Made by a program: the position numbers and the translations under genes | Part shown: piece after piece, positions 29,498 through 40,485 of the stretch | Layout of the letters: the number at the start of each line of letters is the position of its first letter | Position numbering within the stretch: the first letter of the stretch is position 1 | The notes under the pieces: generated by a model | The model's database searches: none | The model's input: only the letters and a program-made list of their open reading frames with translations | What the model was told of the DNA's origin: nothing | Assembly (NCBI GenBank): GCA_049521795.1 | Contig: JBEKOM010000004.1 | Coordinates: forward strand, 64,001-128,000 | From: Candidatus Bathyarchaeia archaeon | Lineage (GTDB): Archaea; Thermoproteota; Bathyarchaeia; Bathyarchaeales; Bathycorpusculaceae | Length of the DNA: 64,000 nt | Direction of reading: 5' to 3'

Positions 29498-31621
29498 TCA
29501 GACGTGCTTCTTGAGCAAGTCCACCACATCGGGGTAGTCTATTCCCAAAGCTTTCACTTTTTCGACTGTGGGCACGCCGTTTGGGTTCCATCCTCGTCTT
29601 GCGTAAACAGCGTCTTTCAGTCTTTCGTACTCCGTCTCTCTGTACTTCCTCAGGATAGCGATCTTCTCCTCGGTTGACTTCCCCTGAGGGCTGTAACCGA
29701 GCTTTTCCTTAAGTTGTTTATCGTAGCGTTCTGCTCTGCTTTCGTACTCTTCCTTGGTTGCTGGGCCTACAGCGCGGTAGGGTAACGTGTCATTCTGCCG
29801 TGTGCCGAAACCCATCCGAAGACTGAAGACTCGTTGAAAGTTGTAGACCCTCTCACTCATGAAGATCAAATCGTCTGGCGTGGTCTTCATACCCGTGACC
29901 GCTGAAAAAAACTTTGCATAGTTTTCGACGTGTGAAACAACCTTGGCCGGTTCTTTCGTCTTCTTGTTGTCCACTGGAACCACGTCGTTCCACGGAAGTT
30001 TGCAGAGGCCGTTCAGGCCAAACCAAGTGCGAAACATGGGGAACCAGTGCAGGTTTTCAGCCTTCTGCTCAAAGGTGGGCATCAAGTTGTGCACCATGTC
30101 TAAGAATATTAGCCAAGCCTCGTCGTGCTGAGGACCTTTCAGCGCAAGCCCGTAGCCGCCCTGCTGGGCTAGCGATTCCTTTGTCACATACTCCGAGAAC
30201 TCTAACCCTTTTGATTCCATGCCGATGTCCTGCAGAACCTTGGAGTCTGCGCCGTATTTCTCTGCGAAAAGCCTCTTCATCCGTTTGATTCCCTGTCCGA
30301 TCACGACGCCGAAGCCTACACCCTTCGCCATCTGATGAACCAATTCAAGAGCCGCTTCCTTGTTGCCGAACCTCAAGTCCAGACCCCCAGTCGCTTTCTT
30401 GTCGATGAGTCCCATCTCGTAGCATTCCATTGCAAAGGCGGTGGCTGTGCCCACTGAAATTGTGTCCAAACCGTACGTGTCGCAGTAGAAGTTCATCTCG
30501 ACAACATGGTCGGCATTGAATATTCCACAGTTGCTTCCCACACCGGCGATTGTTTCGTATTCTGGTCCGTTCACGAACACTTTCTGCCCCTTGTAGGGAC
30601 CTGTTTTAAGCTCAAAGTCTTTGATGCCGTGGGCGCATGACATTGCGCAGCCCATCCAGCAACCGTCAAAGCCTCTGTGGAACTTGTTTCTGTAGACTTC
30701 TCGCCCCAATTTCTCTGCTTCAGGGTTGCTGCCGAACCTGAAGTTGTTTATGGGAAGCAGGTCGAAGTCGTTCATTATCAGCACGAGATGGGTCGTGCCG
30801 ACAGAGGCCATTTCGTTTTGCGCGGGGTCAAGGTTTCGGATCTCCTGACTGTGAGCCGTGCCGACCTGTTTAACCATTTCGGGGTCAGCCGGGCCGTTTG
30901 TGTCCACTGAAATCTTGCCAGAGTACTTGACAGCTATTGCCTTCACTCTCTTGTTCCTTAGGACCGTGCCTATTCCCCCTCTGCCAGCCTGTTTGAACCT
31001 GTGGATCTTGCGTGCAGCGTCGTACCATGAGAGGTTGAGACATCCGAATCGCGTGTGCTCAGCGCCTGGACCAGAAGAAACTACTGATACGCATCGGCCG
31101 TTCTCTCCGCCATATTTCTTGGCCAAATAATCCGTGATCGGATAAGTCTCTGAGGGCAGTTGTGAGGCATTTTCAATCTGAACTTTGCCTTCGTCACCGT
31201 CGATTAGAACAATGACTTCAGACTGGGCTTTTCCCTGAATTTCAAGGGCATCCCATCCCGCAAACTTCAAGTAAGGCCCAAAGTATCCGCCGACGTTCGA
31301 ATCGACAACGGTGTCGGTCAACGGCGAAATCGAAACCGCTATGCTCTTTCCACTGCCCGGATAGACAGGGGTTCCCCCTAACGGACCGCATGCGATGCAG
31401 ATTTCGTTTTCAGGGTCGTCCCATTTGGCGATACGGTCTCTAGGCAAAGCATTCCAGAGAAGCCAGAGGTTGAAGCCGCGGCCGCCTGTGAATTTTTCCT
31501 TCATCTCTCGGCTGACTGGTTTGCTTACGACCTGCATGTTTGAGAGGTTTACGTACAAGGTTCTGTTGTTGTAGCCTCTTTCAACTTTGTTTAGCTTGTA
31601 CCTGAACTCGGCGATGACCAA
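29498..31621 (-). CDS. Tungsten-dependent aldehyde ferredoxin oxidoreductase family protein
   Basis: DSNVGGYFGPYLKFAGWD, QAGRGG, CWMGC..C, GPEYET, YGLDTIS, RGWN..GVP; start approximate. Confidence 0.93.
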   Translation of the reverse strand: MVIAEFRYKLNKVERGYNNRTLYVNLSNMQVVSKPVSREMKEKFTGGRGFNLWLLWNALPRDRIAKWDDPENEICIACGPLGGTPVYPGSGKSIAVSISPLTDTVVDSNVGGYFGPYLKFAGWDALEIQGKAQSEVIVLIDGDEGKVQIENASQLPSETYPITDYLAKKYGGENGRCVSVVSSGPGAEHTRFGCLNLSWYDAARKIHRFKQAGRGGIGTVLRNKRVKAIAVKYSGKISVDTNGPADPEMVKQVGTAHSQEIRNLDPAQNEMASVGTTHLVLIMNDFDLLPINNFRFGSNPEAEKLGREVYRNKFHRGFDGCWMGCAMSCAHGIKDFELKTGPYKGQKVFVNGPEYETIAGVGSNCGIFNADHVVEMNFYCDTYGLDTISVGTATAFAMECYEMGLIDKKATGGLDLRFGNKEAALELVHQMAKGVGFGVVIGQGIKRMKRLFAEKYGADSKVLQDIGMESKGLEFSEYVTKESLAQQGGYGLALKGPQHDEAWLIFLDMVHNLMPTFEQKAENLHWFPMFRTWFGLNGLCKLPWNDVVPVDNKKTKEPAKVVSHVENYAKFFSAVTGMKTTPDDLIFMSERVYNFQRVFSLRMGFGTRQNDTLPYRAVGPATKEEYESRAERYDKQLKEKLGYSPQGKSTEEKIAILRKYRETEYERLKDAVYARRGWNPNGVPTVEKVKALGIDYPDVVDLLKKHV

Positions 31622-31829
31622 ACACGGCCACCTTACACGGTTTTGAAGCAAGAGCAACACGAGACGAACAAATAGCCTTTTCGACATGAAGTTACGAGTT
31701 TAGACCTCAAACCAAACCGATCCTCTAGCTTAAGGAACTGAATCGTTCGACCTCGTACTGCTTGATTTACACCTTTAATAGACGAAGAGATTATTGGATG
31801 CTGAACACCAAGCTTACAGGCTGAGAGTC

Positions 31830-32909
31830 TTGAGAATCCTGGAAATAAACCGTAAGAAAGAGTATGTGAAGATCATTCCAGAAACAGCGGATGATTTCTG
31901 GCATCTGTACAACGTTATCAGCAAAGATGACATGGTTTACGCTAGAACAACTCGAGAAATGAAGGCTGACGAGAAGTACGGGAGACCCAAGCGCGGAGAA
32001 AGAATCCCTGTTTTTCTAGGCGTCAGCGTTGAAAATGTCGACTGGGACAAGTTCTTGGGCAGGCTCAGAGTTCACGGAATCATCCGCGATGCTCCTGAGG
32101 ACGTTCCATCAGGTGTGCACCACACGCTTAACATCACGCTCAACACGCCGATGACGATCGTTAAGGAGAATTGGGCTGAACATGAAATTGAGAGGTTACG
32201 GAGGGCGAGCAAGACATCTGAGAAACCGATCATAATAATCTCGATAGACGACGAAGGCTATGCGATTGCTACAACTGCTCAGTACGGCGTTGAACAGAGG
32301 GTTGAGCAGAGAATGAGGCTTCCTGGAAAGCTGGAGACTGAGAAGAGAGATGCGGCTACAAGCGTGTACTTCAGGGGAGCACTCAACAGTCTGCGGGAAA
32401 TCTGGACGCAGACGCGCAGCCCCATAGCAGTCATCGGTGTTGGCTTTACAAAGAATGATTTTGCAAAGTTCATAGAGAACGAGGCGGCCGACTTGGCGAA
32501 ATCGGTGGTAGACGTGAAAAGTGTCAACAGCGGCGGTGTTGCGGGAATTTACGAGGCGCTTCGGGCAGGAATACTTTTAAAAGCGGTGAAGCATCTGCGG
32601 GTTTCTGAAGAAGCAAGCGTGGTAGAGGAAGTTTTGAAGAGATTAGGAAAGGGCGAATCAAACGTTACTTACGGTTTTGAAGAGGTTGAGAAGGCAGCGA
32701 AGCTTGGGGCCGTTGAAAAACTTGTTTTGGCAGACGCGGTGCTCCGAAGGGCTGACGAACAGAAGCGCTTGCTGGTCGAGGAGATCATGAGGACCGTTGA
32801 ACAGAAAGGTGGCGGTACCACCATGATCGTGAGCACCGAGCATGAAGCGGGAACAAAACTGCTTGCTTTGAGCGGGATAGCCGCGCTTCTTCGCTACCCA
32901 GTTTTCTGA
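31830..32909 (+). CDS. pelA: Pelota/Dom34 ribosome rescue factor
   Basis: DDFWHLYNVI, LRVHG, HHTLNI, PGK, HEAG..L..LSGIAALLRY. Confidence 0.95.
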   Translation: MRILEINRKKEYVKIIPETADDFWHLYNVISKDDMVYARTTREMKADEKYGRPKRGERIPVFLGVSVENVDWDKFLGRLRVHGIIRDAPEDVPSGVHHTLNITLNTPMTIVKENWAEHEIERLRRASKTSEKPIIIISIDDEGYAIATTAQYGVEQRVEQRMRLPGKLETEKRDAATSVYFRGALNSLREIWTQTRSPIAVIGVGFTKNDFAKFIENEAADLAKSVVDVKSVNSGGVAGIYEALRAGILLKAVKHLRVSEEASVVEEVLKRLGKGESNVTYGFEEVEKAAKLGAVEKLVLADAVLRRADEQKRLLVEEIMRTVEQKGGGTTMIVSTEHEAGTKLLALSGIAALLRYPVF

Positions 32910-33036
32910 GCCTCGAAAAATCAACCGTACATCCATTCTCGAATGCAAGAATTCAGTTTGCTAAACGAAAAAGTGAGGCAAACTGTATTATATAAAGCCA
33001 TTCTATATCAGTCGAGTGAGTTTGAGATGAAAGATA

Positions 33037-33606
33037 ATGCCGAAGACAAAACCGACGATCCGCATCCAAAATATCGTTGCGTCAGCGGCTCTTAACCAGA
33101 GGATAAACTTGGGGAAGATAGTTCAGAAGTTCCCCTTTGCCGAGTACAGCCCCCGTGTGTTCCCTGGACTCGTTTTCCGGCTGAAGAAGCCGAAGACGGC
33201 TACTCTCATATTTGAAACGGGCAAGATGGTCTGCACGGGTGCAAAATCGGAGAAAGAAGCGATTCAAGCGGTGAACAAGGTTACTAAGGAGCTGCGAAGC
33301 CATGGGATACCGCTTCCTAACAAGCCTGAGGTTAAAATTCAGAACATCGTCGCTTCTGCAGAGTTAAACGGAGAAATAGACTTGGAAAACCTTGTCTACA
33401 AGCTTCAGAAAGTGATGTATGAGCCGGAGCAGTTTCCGGGAGCAGTTTTCAGGATGGATGAGCCGAAGGTTGTGTTCCTCATTTTCTCAGCTGGAAAGCT
33501 GGTGTGCGTGGGGGCAAAACAGGAGGGAGACGTCTACGAAGCGGTCGGCAAGCTTCAGCAGCTACTGGAGGAGAAGGAACTCATCTTTTATCCGCCTGAT
33601 GCATGA
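33037..33606 (+). CDS. tbp: TATA-box binding protein (paralog 1)
   Basis: Two repeats: IQNIVAS, FPG, LIF..GKMVCTG. Confidence 0.97.
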   Translation: MPKTKPTIRIQNIVASAALNQRINLGKIVQKFPFAEYSPRVFPGLVFRLKKPKTATLIFETGKMVCTGAKSEKEAIQAVNKVTKELRSHGIPLPNKPEVKIQNIVASAELNGEIDLENLVYKLQKVMYEPEQFPGAVFRMDEPKVVFLIFSAGKLVCVGAKQEGDVYEAVGKLQQLLEEKELIFYPPDA

Positions 33607-33609
33607 AGT

Positions 33610-34320
33610 CTAAAAGTGGCTTTTCAGTCGCCTGCGAACTGCAGGATTCTCTTTGACAAGCCTTCTCAGAACCATCTCGAAAGTTTCGCTTGGAACAAGC
33701 TCCTGCTTTATGAAGACGCCAGTTCTGCCGACTTCGTCTCTTCTTATAAGGGCGTGAACGCGGTCCAGCACTGTTTCCACACCTATGCCTAACGTTTTTG
33801 CGACCTGCTCCTCTCGGCCCACGACCGTGCTCTCTCTGTGGCCTTTCTCCGTCGGTTCGATGAGCATCAAGCGCTTGTCGACGCCGGGCGTGCGCAGACC
33901 TTTTCTGACGCTGTCAGAGTTGGCTTCGCCGCCGAACTTGTAGAATTCTCTTTCAACCTTGCGGAGTCTCATCAGGGGAAACGTGACGCTTGTGCTCTCG
34001 TCGACTTCGATGTTGGCCTTCATGGCGTAGTTGGGCGTGGCCTGAACAACCAAGCGTCTGTTGACTGGTACGCCCGCCTTTTCTAGCGCTGTCTCAACGG
34101 CAAAAGATGAAACTTGTGTTGGTATGAAGATGTCGATGTCGCTCTTCTCGGACACGTCTCCTCTTGCGATGCTTCCGTGCACAAGGGTTTCGACGTGGGT
34201 TTTTTCGATGGATTCCATTATGCGGAGGGTTTTCTTCCTGAGCTGTTCGAGCAGAAGCCAACGGTCGCCAGTGTAAACGACAATTCGAAGTTCAGAGCGT
34301 CTTGTGGGCTTTTTCGCCAT
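33610..34320 (-). CDS. Predicted nucleotidyltransferase (Pol-beta fold)
   Basis: HGSIARGD...SDIDI; EREFYKFGG; PGVDKRL. Confidence 0.88.
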   Translation of the reverse strand: MAKKPTRRSELRIVVYTGDRWLLLEQLRKKTLRIMESIEKTHVETLVHGSIARGDVSEKSDIDIFIPTQVSSFAVETALEKAGVPVNRRLVVQATPNYAMKANIEVDESTSVTFPLMRLRKVEREFYKFGGEANSDSVRKGLRTPGVDKRLMLIEPTEKGHRESTVVGREEQVAKTLGIGVETVLDRVHALIRRDEVGRTGVFIKQELVPSETFEMVLRRLVKENPAVRRRLKSHF

Positions 34321-34422
34321 CCTTCAGCCTCTTCTGTGAGATCGTGTGCTCGTTTTTATGTTGAACCGTGGAGAGGTCAGTTGCCTGCTGTGGACGCGTG
34401 TTTGTGGTGGTCTTCGGTTTGG

Positions 34423-35697
34423 TTAGCGGAGTTTTTGTTTGCGCCTGGAGGATTTTGTGATGGCAACCGCTGTCAGTGTGAGGATTAGCAGGATTATTAG
34501 TGGAGACTGGTATTCGGGGACTGGTGGGTTAGTGTCACCTGTAACTGTTCCGGAGATTGTTCCCGACTGCTCTGGGGGGATTTTTGTCAGCGCAAAGTTT
34601 GCTTGTGAGACGGTGTTGACTGTTACCGATACGTTTTGGGATGACGGTGTGTAGCCTGGCTTGAAGGCCGTTACGTTGTAGGTGTCTGTCTGCAGCCCAG
34701 TTGAGATCATGTAGTTTCCCGAAGTGTCGGTGTACGTGGATTCGCTGCTGGACGTGTGTTGGCCTTCGGCAGTGACGAGGGCGCCGGCTATCGGTGTGCT
34801 GCCTGTGTCTGTGACTTTGCCGATGATGGTGCCTGAGGTTGTTAAGATGTTCATCACGAAGTTGATGTTGCTGGTTTCTTGACCTTCGACGACGGGCACG
34901 CTTGCGTTTGGCATGGCGAAGCCGCCTGGATAGGTTGCGGTTACAATGTAGGTTCCGTTTGCCAGGCCGTCTGATATGGAGTAGTGGCCGGACGCGTCCG
35001 TTTTGGCAGTGCCCATCGCCATGGAGGTCGACAATGCTATAACGGTAACGTTCGCGAGAGGGACACTGGACGTGTCGGTGACTGTCCCGGAGATTGTGCC
35101 TGAGTGTTCCAAGGCCATGTCGTGCGCGGTTGTTATCGCTCCCTCAGATACTGAGATTGATCCAAGCGTCTTGCTGATGTGCCCTTTGGGGAACAGAACG
35201 GTCACGTTGTAGTTTCCTGTTGCCAGGTTGGTCACGATTGTGTAGTTTCCGAGGATGTCTGTTAACCCTGCCCAGCCGAAGCTGCCAGTGGAGGACAAGA
35301 CAGTGACGGTGACGTTGTTCAGCCCTATGTGGGTCGAGGCGTCGGTTATTCTTCCCGAGACTCCGCCTGAGACGTTCATGTAGGGGTTTTCGATTGTGGT
35401 TCCGCCCACCGTGACGGAGACGTTTTCAACCGTGAATTCTAGGTACCCGTTGCTGATAACGGTGAGGGTGTAGTTGCCGGCTGGCAGGCCGCTTGTGATG
35501 CTGTAGTGTCCGTTGAGGTCGGTTGTGGCGGTTCCGAAGCCGATGTTCGAAGTGGCCGTTACCACTGCGTTCTGCACTGGCACTCCTGAGCTTGCGTAGA
35601 CTGTTCCGGAGAAGGTTTCGTTCGGCGGGGCCGAAACGTTGAGCATGAAGAATGGAAGAGCGAGGCTGGTTAGGATGAGAAGCATGATTGTCTTCAT
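34423..35697 (-). CDS. Cell-surface protein with carboxypeptidase-regulatory-like repeats and PEF-type C-terminal anchor
   Basis: Signal peptide; four G.ISG.V.D...TD..G.Y.I..GL..G.Y repeats; VPEY + TM + basic tail. Confidence 0.88.
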   Translation of the reverse strand: MKTIMLLILTSLALPFFMLNVSAPPNETFSGTVYASSGVPVQNAVVTATSNIGFGTATTDLNGHYSITSGLPAGNYTLTVISNGYLEFTVENVSVTVGGTTIENPYMNVSGGVSGRITDASTHIGLNNVTVTVLSSTGSFGWAGLTDILGNYTIVTNLATGNYNVTVLFPKGHISKTLGSISVSEGAITTAHDMALEHSGTISGTVTDTSSVPLANVTVIALSTSMAMGTAKTDASGHYSISDGLANGTYIVTATYPGGFAMPNASVPVVEGQETSNINFVMNILTTSGTIIGKVTDTGSTPIAGALVTAEGQHTSSSESTYTDTSGNYMISTGLQTDTYNVTAFKPGYTPSSQNVSVTVNTVSQANFALTKIPPEQSGTISGTVTGDTNPPVPEYQSPLIILLILTLTAVAITKSSRRKQKLR

Positions 35698-35901
35698 GGC
35701 TGAAACTCTTTTCAACTCTAAGCGGGTCGTGTTTTCACCAGAGTCGTACTTAGCGCCTGTAACGATATTAAAGGCTTGTGGCACTGGGCGTGCGATGCGA
35801 GGATGAGCGTTTGGTCGAGCGCGCCAAGAGGGTCTTTGACGGCGTTCAATAGGCTAACATATACATGGGTCCTGCCTCTATGTTCAGCGAGGAAGTTGGC
35901 A

Positions 35902-36843
35902 GTGGCGAGCAGGAATGTCTGTGACGTTTGCGGTCGGCGTGAGGCGTTCTTTTTCAGGCCGTACTCCGGCGTTAGCCTGTGCAAACGATGCTTGACCGAG
36001 TCCGTGGAGGAGAAGGTGAGGGCCACCATCGTGAAGTACGGCATGTTTGAGTTTGACGACATCATTGCTGTCGCGGTTTCAGGCGGGAAGGACAGTGTCG
36101 GCCTCATGCACGTGTTGGCGAGGTTGGAGAAGAGGCATCCTAGGGCTCGTCTTGTCGCCGTCACCGTGGACGAGGGGATCAGGGGTTACCGGGACGAAGC
36201 GTTGAAGATTGCTTCCGAAAACTGTAGGAAGCTGAGTGTGAAGCACATCGTGGTGTCTTTTGAGGAACTGTTCGGCTACACGTTGGACGATATGGTCAGG
36301 CGCCTTAGGAGGAAGGGCGCTGATGAGGAGACGCCGTGCGCGTGGTGCGGTGTGCTAAGGAGGAGAGCGCTGAACGTTACGGCGAGGAGGCTTAAAGCAG
36401 ACAAGCTTGCGACGGCTCACACGCTGGATGATGAGGTGCAGACGATCCTGCTGAACATTCTCCACGGCGATGTCCTGCGGATCGCGAGGGAGAAGCCGGC
36501 CACGGATATGCTTCATCCGAAGCTTGTGCGGAGGATTAAGCCGTTCTGCATGGTTCCTGAGAGGGAGACTTCCTTGTACGCATACCTCAGGGGAGTCAGG
36601 TTTCAAAGCACGCCGTGTCCGTACGCTTCGGAAGCGTTGAGAAACGACGCGCGCTTGATGCTCAACAGGATGGAAGAGAAGCACGCCGGGATCAAATTCA
36701 CCGTCTTCAAGTCGCTTGAGAAGATAAGGCCGGCCCTGGAAGACGTTGCAAGGAAGGAAGGCTTAGGCGTATGCAGCGAGTGCGGCGAGCCGACGACCGA
36801 CAAAGTCTGCAGGACATGTCAGATGCTAAAACAGATAGAATGA
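35902..36843 (+). CDS. tRNA 2-thiolation PP-loop ATPase (TtuA/Ncs6 family)
   Basis: CDVC, SGGKDS, CAWC, HTLDD, CPY, C-terminal CxxC pairs. Confidence 0.92.
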   Translation: MASRNVCDVCGRREAFFFRPYSGVSLCKRCLTESVEEKVRATIVKYGMFEFDDIIAVAVSGGKDSVGLMHVLARLEKRHPRARLVAVTVDEGIRGYRDEALKIASENCRKLSVKHIVVSFEELFGYTLDDMVRRLRRKGADEETPCAWCGVLRRRALNVTARRLKADKLATAHTLDDEVQTILLNILHGDVLRIAREKPATDMLHPKLVRRIKPFCMVPERETSLYAYLRGVRFQSTPCPYASEALRNDARLMLNRMEEKHAGIKFTVFKSLEKIRPALEDVARKEGLGVCSECGEPTTDKVCRTCQMLKQIE

Positions 36844-37089
36844 CTAGACGTTTGAAGAAGCAGACGCTAAATCCCTGCATTCCCGTCTTCAAAAGAAAGA
36901 AAAACCAGCTGAAATAGAAGATCAGCCTCATAAACACAATTCTATAAGCCAGTGCTAACAACGGAGCTTCCACGTTGGCCTTGGACGCCGCCTGAGAAAA
37001 CCTCACCGATCTTCAATTCTTTGACTTAGCAACGATGCGCTGGAGGATGAGTTCGTCTCTCTCAAAAAAAGAGAGAAAGAAAGGTGCAG

Positions 37090-37491
37090 TTACGGATTCA
37101 TCGGTTGCATTATGCCCAATTGGTTTCCTTCAGGGTCGACGGCTATTGCGGTCCAGCCCACATGTGGGACTTCTTGTTTTGGAACGATGATTTTTCCACC
37201 GAGCTTCTTGATTTTCTCAATGTATGCGTCAGCGGACTCGACTTGAATGTAGATGACGGGCTTCATCTCCTTTGTCTCTTTCGTTTTCTTATACATGCCT
37301 CCGTTGATTCCTGGTCGCAACGGTCGCATCTGCTCGTCCATTGGTACGGTTCCGAGAAGCCAGTATTCCATGCCGCTGCTCATATCTTCGCTGCCTTTCT
37401 CTATTTTCCATCCGAAGACTCCTGAATAGAACTTCTTCATTTTCTCAGTGTCGTTTACGGGAATTTCGAAATGAACGATTGTGTGGTCCAT
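37090..37491 (-). CDS. VOC/glyoxalase family protein
   Basis: IVHFEIP, FYSGVFGW, GINGG, DPEGN. Confidence 0.92.
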   Translation of the reverse strand: MDHTIVHFEIPVNDTEKMKKFYSGVFGWKIEKGSEDMSSGMEYWLLGTVPMDEQMRPLRPGINGGMYKKTKETKEMKPVIYIQVESADAYIEKIKKLGGKIIVPKQEVPHVGWTAIAVDPEGNQLGIMQPMNP

Positions 37492-37631
37492 TCTTTTACC
37501 CTCAATTTTGAGAGAATGTCGCAGAGCGAGAATAATAAGCGTTGCTGCACAACCCCAGTAACAGCGCATGCTGAGCGTCCGCGCAGTGGCTAAAGGTTTA
37601 TAGGTTCTTTGTAACTCTGCTTGACGCGAAT

Positions 37632-38543
37632 ATGACCGTCAAGATTTCAAGCTTCGACCGGAAGCATTTGCGGTTCTTGCCAGAGCTGATGAACGAGGAG
37701 TACGGAGGTTCTGCGGAGTTTATCCCTTTTGACGAGGAGAGGTTTCTCTCGGAGATTCAGAGGCGCCGTATCACAGTTCTAGTAGCCGAAGACGATGGAC
37801 GCGTGGTTGGCTTCATCGGAACTCATTCAGATGACGGGGGAGAGGACATTCACTGGCTCGCCACAGGCAAAGGGCCGGAAGGCAAGGTCCTTAGGGACAT
37901 GCTTGTGAAAGAGGTTGAGAGGAACGCGAAGGGCGACTCGCTAATGAGGATGATTGATGAAGGCAGCCCGGAAATTAAGGAGTGGGAGAGTCGAGGCTAC
38001 GTCCTAGAACCGGGGTTTCAGCGCATGACCTCGGAGCTTCGCGGTCTGACGCGCGTTCCCGAAGTTGATGAGGAAATAAGGCTTAGAACCTTGAGGCCCG
38101 GCGAGGAAGCCAAGTTCGTGGAGACTGTCAACGCGGGGTTCGGATGGGAGAGGCTCGAACTGGGAGACCTTGAAAGGTGGAAGGCTGAGGACCCACCGTT
38201 TGACGAGGGATGGGTTCAGGTTGCCGAAGCCGCGGGAAAAATCGTCTCAGTCGTCGTGGGGAAACCGGACACAGACTACAACAAGTACCTGCACTGCAGG
38301 ATGGGGTACATGGGACCCGCAACCACTCTTCCAGAGTTCAGGAACAAGCATCTTGCATCGGCGCTCACGGCTAGAGCTATGAATCTTCTGTTTGAGAAAG
38401 GAATGAACACCGTCCGGCTTGGAACCTCAGAAAAAAACGTGTCTTCCATTGCTCTGCTGCGAAGTCTAGGCTTTCACGTCGAAAACGTCAGAAAAATCCT
38501 GCGCAAAAAACTGAAGGACAACTCGCCACGACAAGAAATGTGA
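37632..38543 (+). CDS. Tandem GNAT N-acetyltransferase
   Basis: TLPEFRNKHLASAL, N..SIALLRSLGF. Confidence 0.88.
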   Translation: MTVKISSFDRKHLRFLPELMNEEYGGSAEFIPFDEERFLSEIQRRRITVLVAEDDGRVVGFIGTHSDDGGEDIHWLATGKGPEGKVLRDMLVKEVERNAKGDSLMRMIDEGSPEIKEWESRGYVLEPGFQRMTSELRGLTRVPEVDEEIRLRTLRPGEEAKFVETVNAGFGWERLELGDLERWKAEDPPFDEGWVQVAEAAGKIVSVVVGKPDTDYNKYLHCRMGYMGPATTLPEFRNKHLASALTARAMNLLFEKGMNTVRLGTSEKNVSSIALLRSLGFHVENVRKILRKKLKDNSPRQEM

Positions 38544-38728
38544 CTTCCAACACGATATCGAGAAAGGAGCGCTATCAGGCTAGCTCGCGCTGTAGGATGC
38601 GTGAATCGACTTTTCAACGTGGCAAGGTGTTTTTTGCGTAGGGGTTGACTATCTTCGCCTGTTTCCACGATGCCTCGTTAAGAAAAACTGATATACCCAG
38701 AGAGCCAAATCACGAAGAGCGATAACTT

Positions 38729-39517
38729 ATGAGAAACTCGAAAGGGAACAGTCTAAGAACTGGTCTGTTGGCAATTCTTCTGGTAACAGTGTTTGCTCCA
38801 GCACTGGTTCATGCTAAAGATTACAAAGTCGGCGTCAAAGCTGGAGACTGGGTTAAATATGGCCAAATCACAATCACCTGGGCTGGAAACGGAACTGAGC
38901 CTTCATACATCACTGACGAAAAGAAAATGGACTGGGCGCGAATAGACGTCTTAAGCGTTGGAGGCACGGCAGTCAGCCTGAACTTGACTACTCACTTCAA
39001 CAACGGTACGCAAACGTTCCAAAGCTCCGACGTAGACGTCCAAAGCGGCGGCGGGATGGGAATGACGACCCTCGTTGCATCCAACCTGACAATGGGAGAC
39101 GCGCTTAGCCCACAGATACCCGGAACCACGATAAATCAAACCTTGACAAGAATGTATGCAGGAGCAAACAGAAAAGTCAACATGCTAGACTCCAAAAATA
39201 ACTATCCAGGCTACCCAAGCGAAGAAAGAATCTACTGGGACCAAGACACCGGCATAATGGTTGAGCTGTACATCAACCAATCAGATTTTAGCAATCCTGG
39301 CGCATTCGTAGAACAGTCGATCATAGCAACCGAAACGAACCTATGGTCAGCAAATGCACTCGACCTCATACAGGACAATCTAGTCTACATTATCGCAGGC
39401 ATAGCCGTCATAATAGTCATCGTGGCAGCAACCATCGCTATCCGAAGAAGAAAACCCCCATCTTCCCAACAAGTTCTACCTCCACCTCCTTCCGCGCCTC
39501 CGCCAACGCCGCCATAA
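38729..39517 (+). CDS. Secreted, membrane-anchored protein with Pro-rich tail
   Basis: Signal peptide, VGVKAGDWVKY, YWDQDTG, C-terminal TM. Confidence 0.8.
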   Translation: MRNSKGNSLRTGLLAILLVTVFAPALVHAKDYKVGVKAGDWVKYGQITITWAGNGTEPSYITDEKKMDWARIDVLSVGGTAVSLNLTTHFNNGTQTFQSSDVDVQSGGGMGMTTLVASNLTMGDALSPQIPGTTINQTLTRMYAGANRKVNMLDSKNNYPGYPSEERIYWDQDTGIMVELYINQSDFSNPGAFVEQSIIATETNLWSANALDLIQDNLVYIIAGIAVIIVIVAATIAIRRRKPPSSQQVLPPPPSAPPPTPP

Positions 39518-39576
39518 AACGGCAGACTGTCGCACGCCACGATATCCCACCTTTCCTTTTGACTCTGCAGCGTGCG

Positions 39577-40329
39577 CTACATGTTCAACACTCTGGTCAG
39601 TATGAAAGTCAAGATAAATATCAGTACGAATCCAGCTGTGCACGTGATCACTGTGAGTGTTGGAGGATTCTCTTCATGGGCTTGTGGTAAGAGGTCACTT
39701 GCCCCTAGATACAGAAAGCCTCCTGCAAAGAAGGGCAAAAGTACCACTATGTAATTCGGTGGTAGTTGAAGGAAAAGTGTGACAACTGCTCCTAAGACTG
39801 GAGCAATGGCGTCCAAGAACAGCATTCTTAGAGAATTCCTCAGCGAGTTGCCGGAATTGAGCATTACGGTAACCGTGCTGAGTCCATCAGTGAAGTCGTG
39901 ACATATGACGGCAAACGCGATTATTATCCCAACATGAATGTCTGCTTCTAGACCAAAACCGATTGCTAAGCCGTCTATGAAACTGTGAACCGAAAGTTCT
40001 GACGTTGCAAAAACTCCGCCGATAGGATGCTTGACCTCAACGTATTCACCGTCCTTGCTGAAAACATGCTCACTTATCAATCTGGAGATGATGTAGAGGA
40101 AAAGGAATCCGACAACTGTCAATGCCATGACGTCTTCAAGGAGCACGTTAGCGGATTGAGCAAGTTTGAAAGTCTGTGGCAGTATGTCGAGCAAGGAAGT
40201 AGTAATCAACACACCTGCTGCAAAAGCCCCAAGAATTCCGATCTTTTTCCTGTATCTTGCTGCAAAGACACCTCCAAACACAGTTGAGAAACAAGTAATA
40301 ACAGCCAGAATAACCGCGTCAAAGTTCAT
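39577..40329 (-). CDS. ZIP family metal transporter
   Basis: HSFIDGLAIG, HDFTDG, AGGFLY..SDLLP. Confidence 0.92.
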   Translation of the reverse strand: MNFDAVILAVITCFSTVFGGVFAARYRKKIGILGAFAAGVLITTSLLDILPQTFKLAQSANVLLEDVMALTVVGFLFLYIISRLISEHVFSKDGEYVEVKHPIGGVFATSELSVHSFIDGLAIGFGLEADIHVGIIIAFAVICHDFTDGLSTVTVMLNSGNSLRNSLRMLFLDAIAPVLGAVVTLFLQLPPNYIVVLLPFFAGGFLYLGASDLLPQAHEENPPTLTVITCTAGFVLIFILTFILTRVLNM

Positions 40330-40485
40330 ACGAACACTAGGTTTTGGACCAAGCTACTTAACATTTTTCGTTACTGTCGAAATTTGGACGCGCTGTCATG
40401 GCGTTCTTGACTCGACATCCTTGATGTCTCCGGCATACTGGAAGATTGAGACCCAGCTCCGCGTGGGTTTTGCGGGTCTGTCGGC

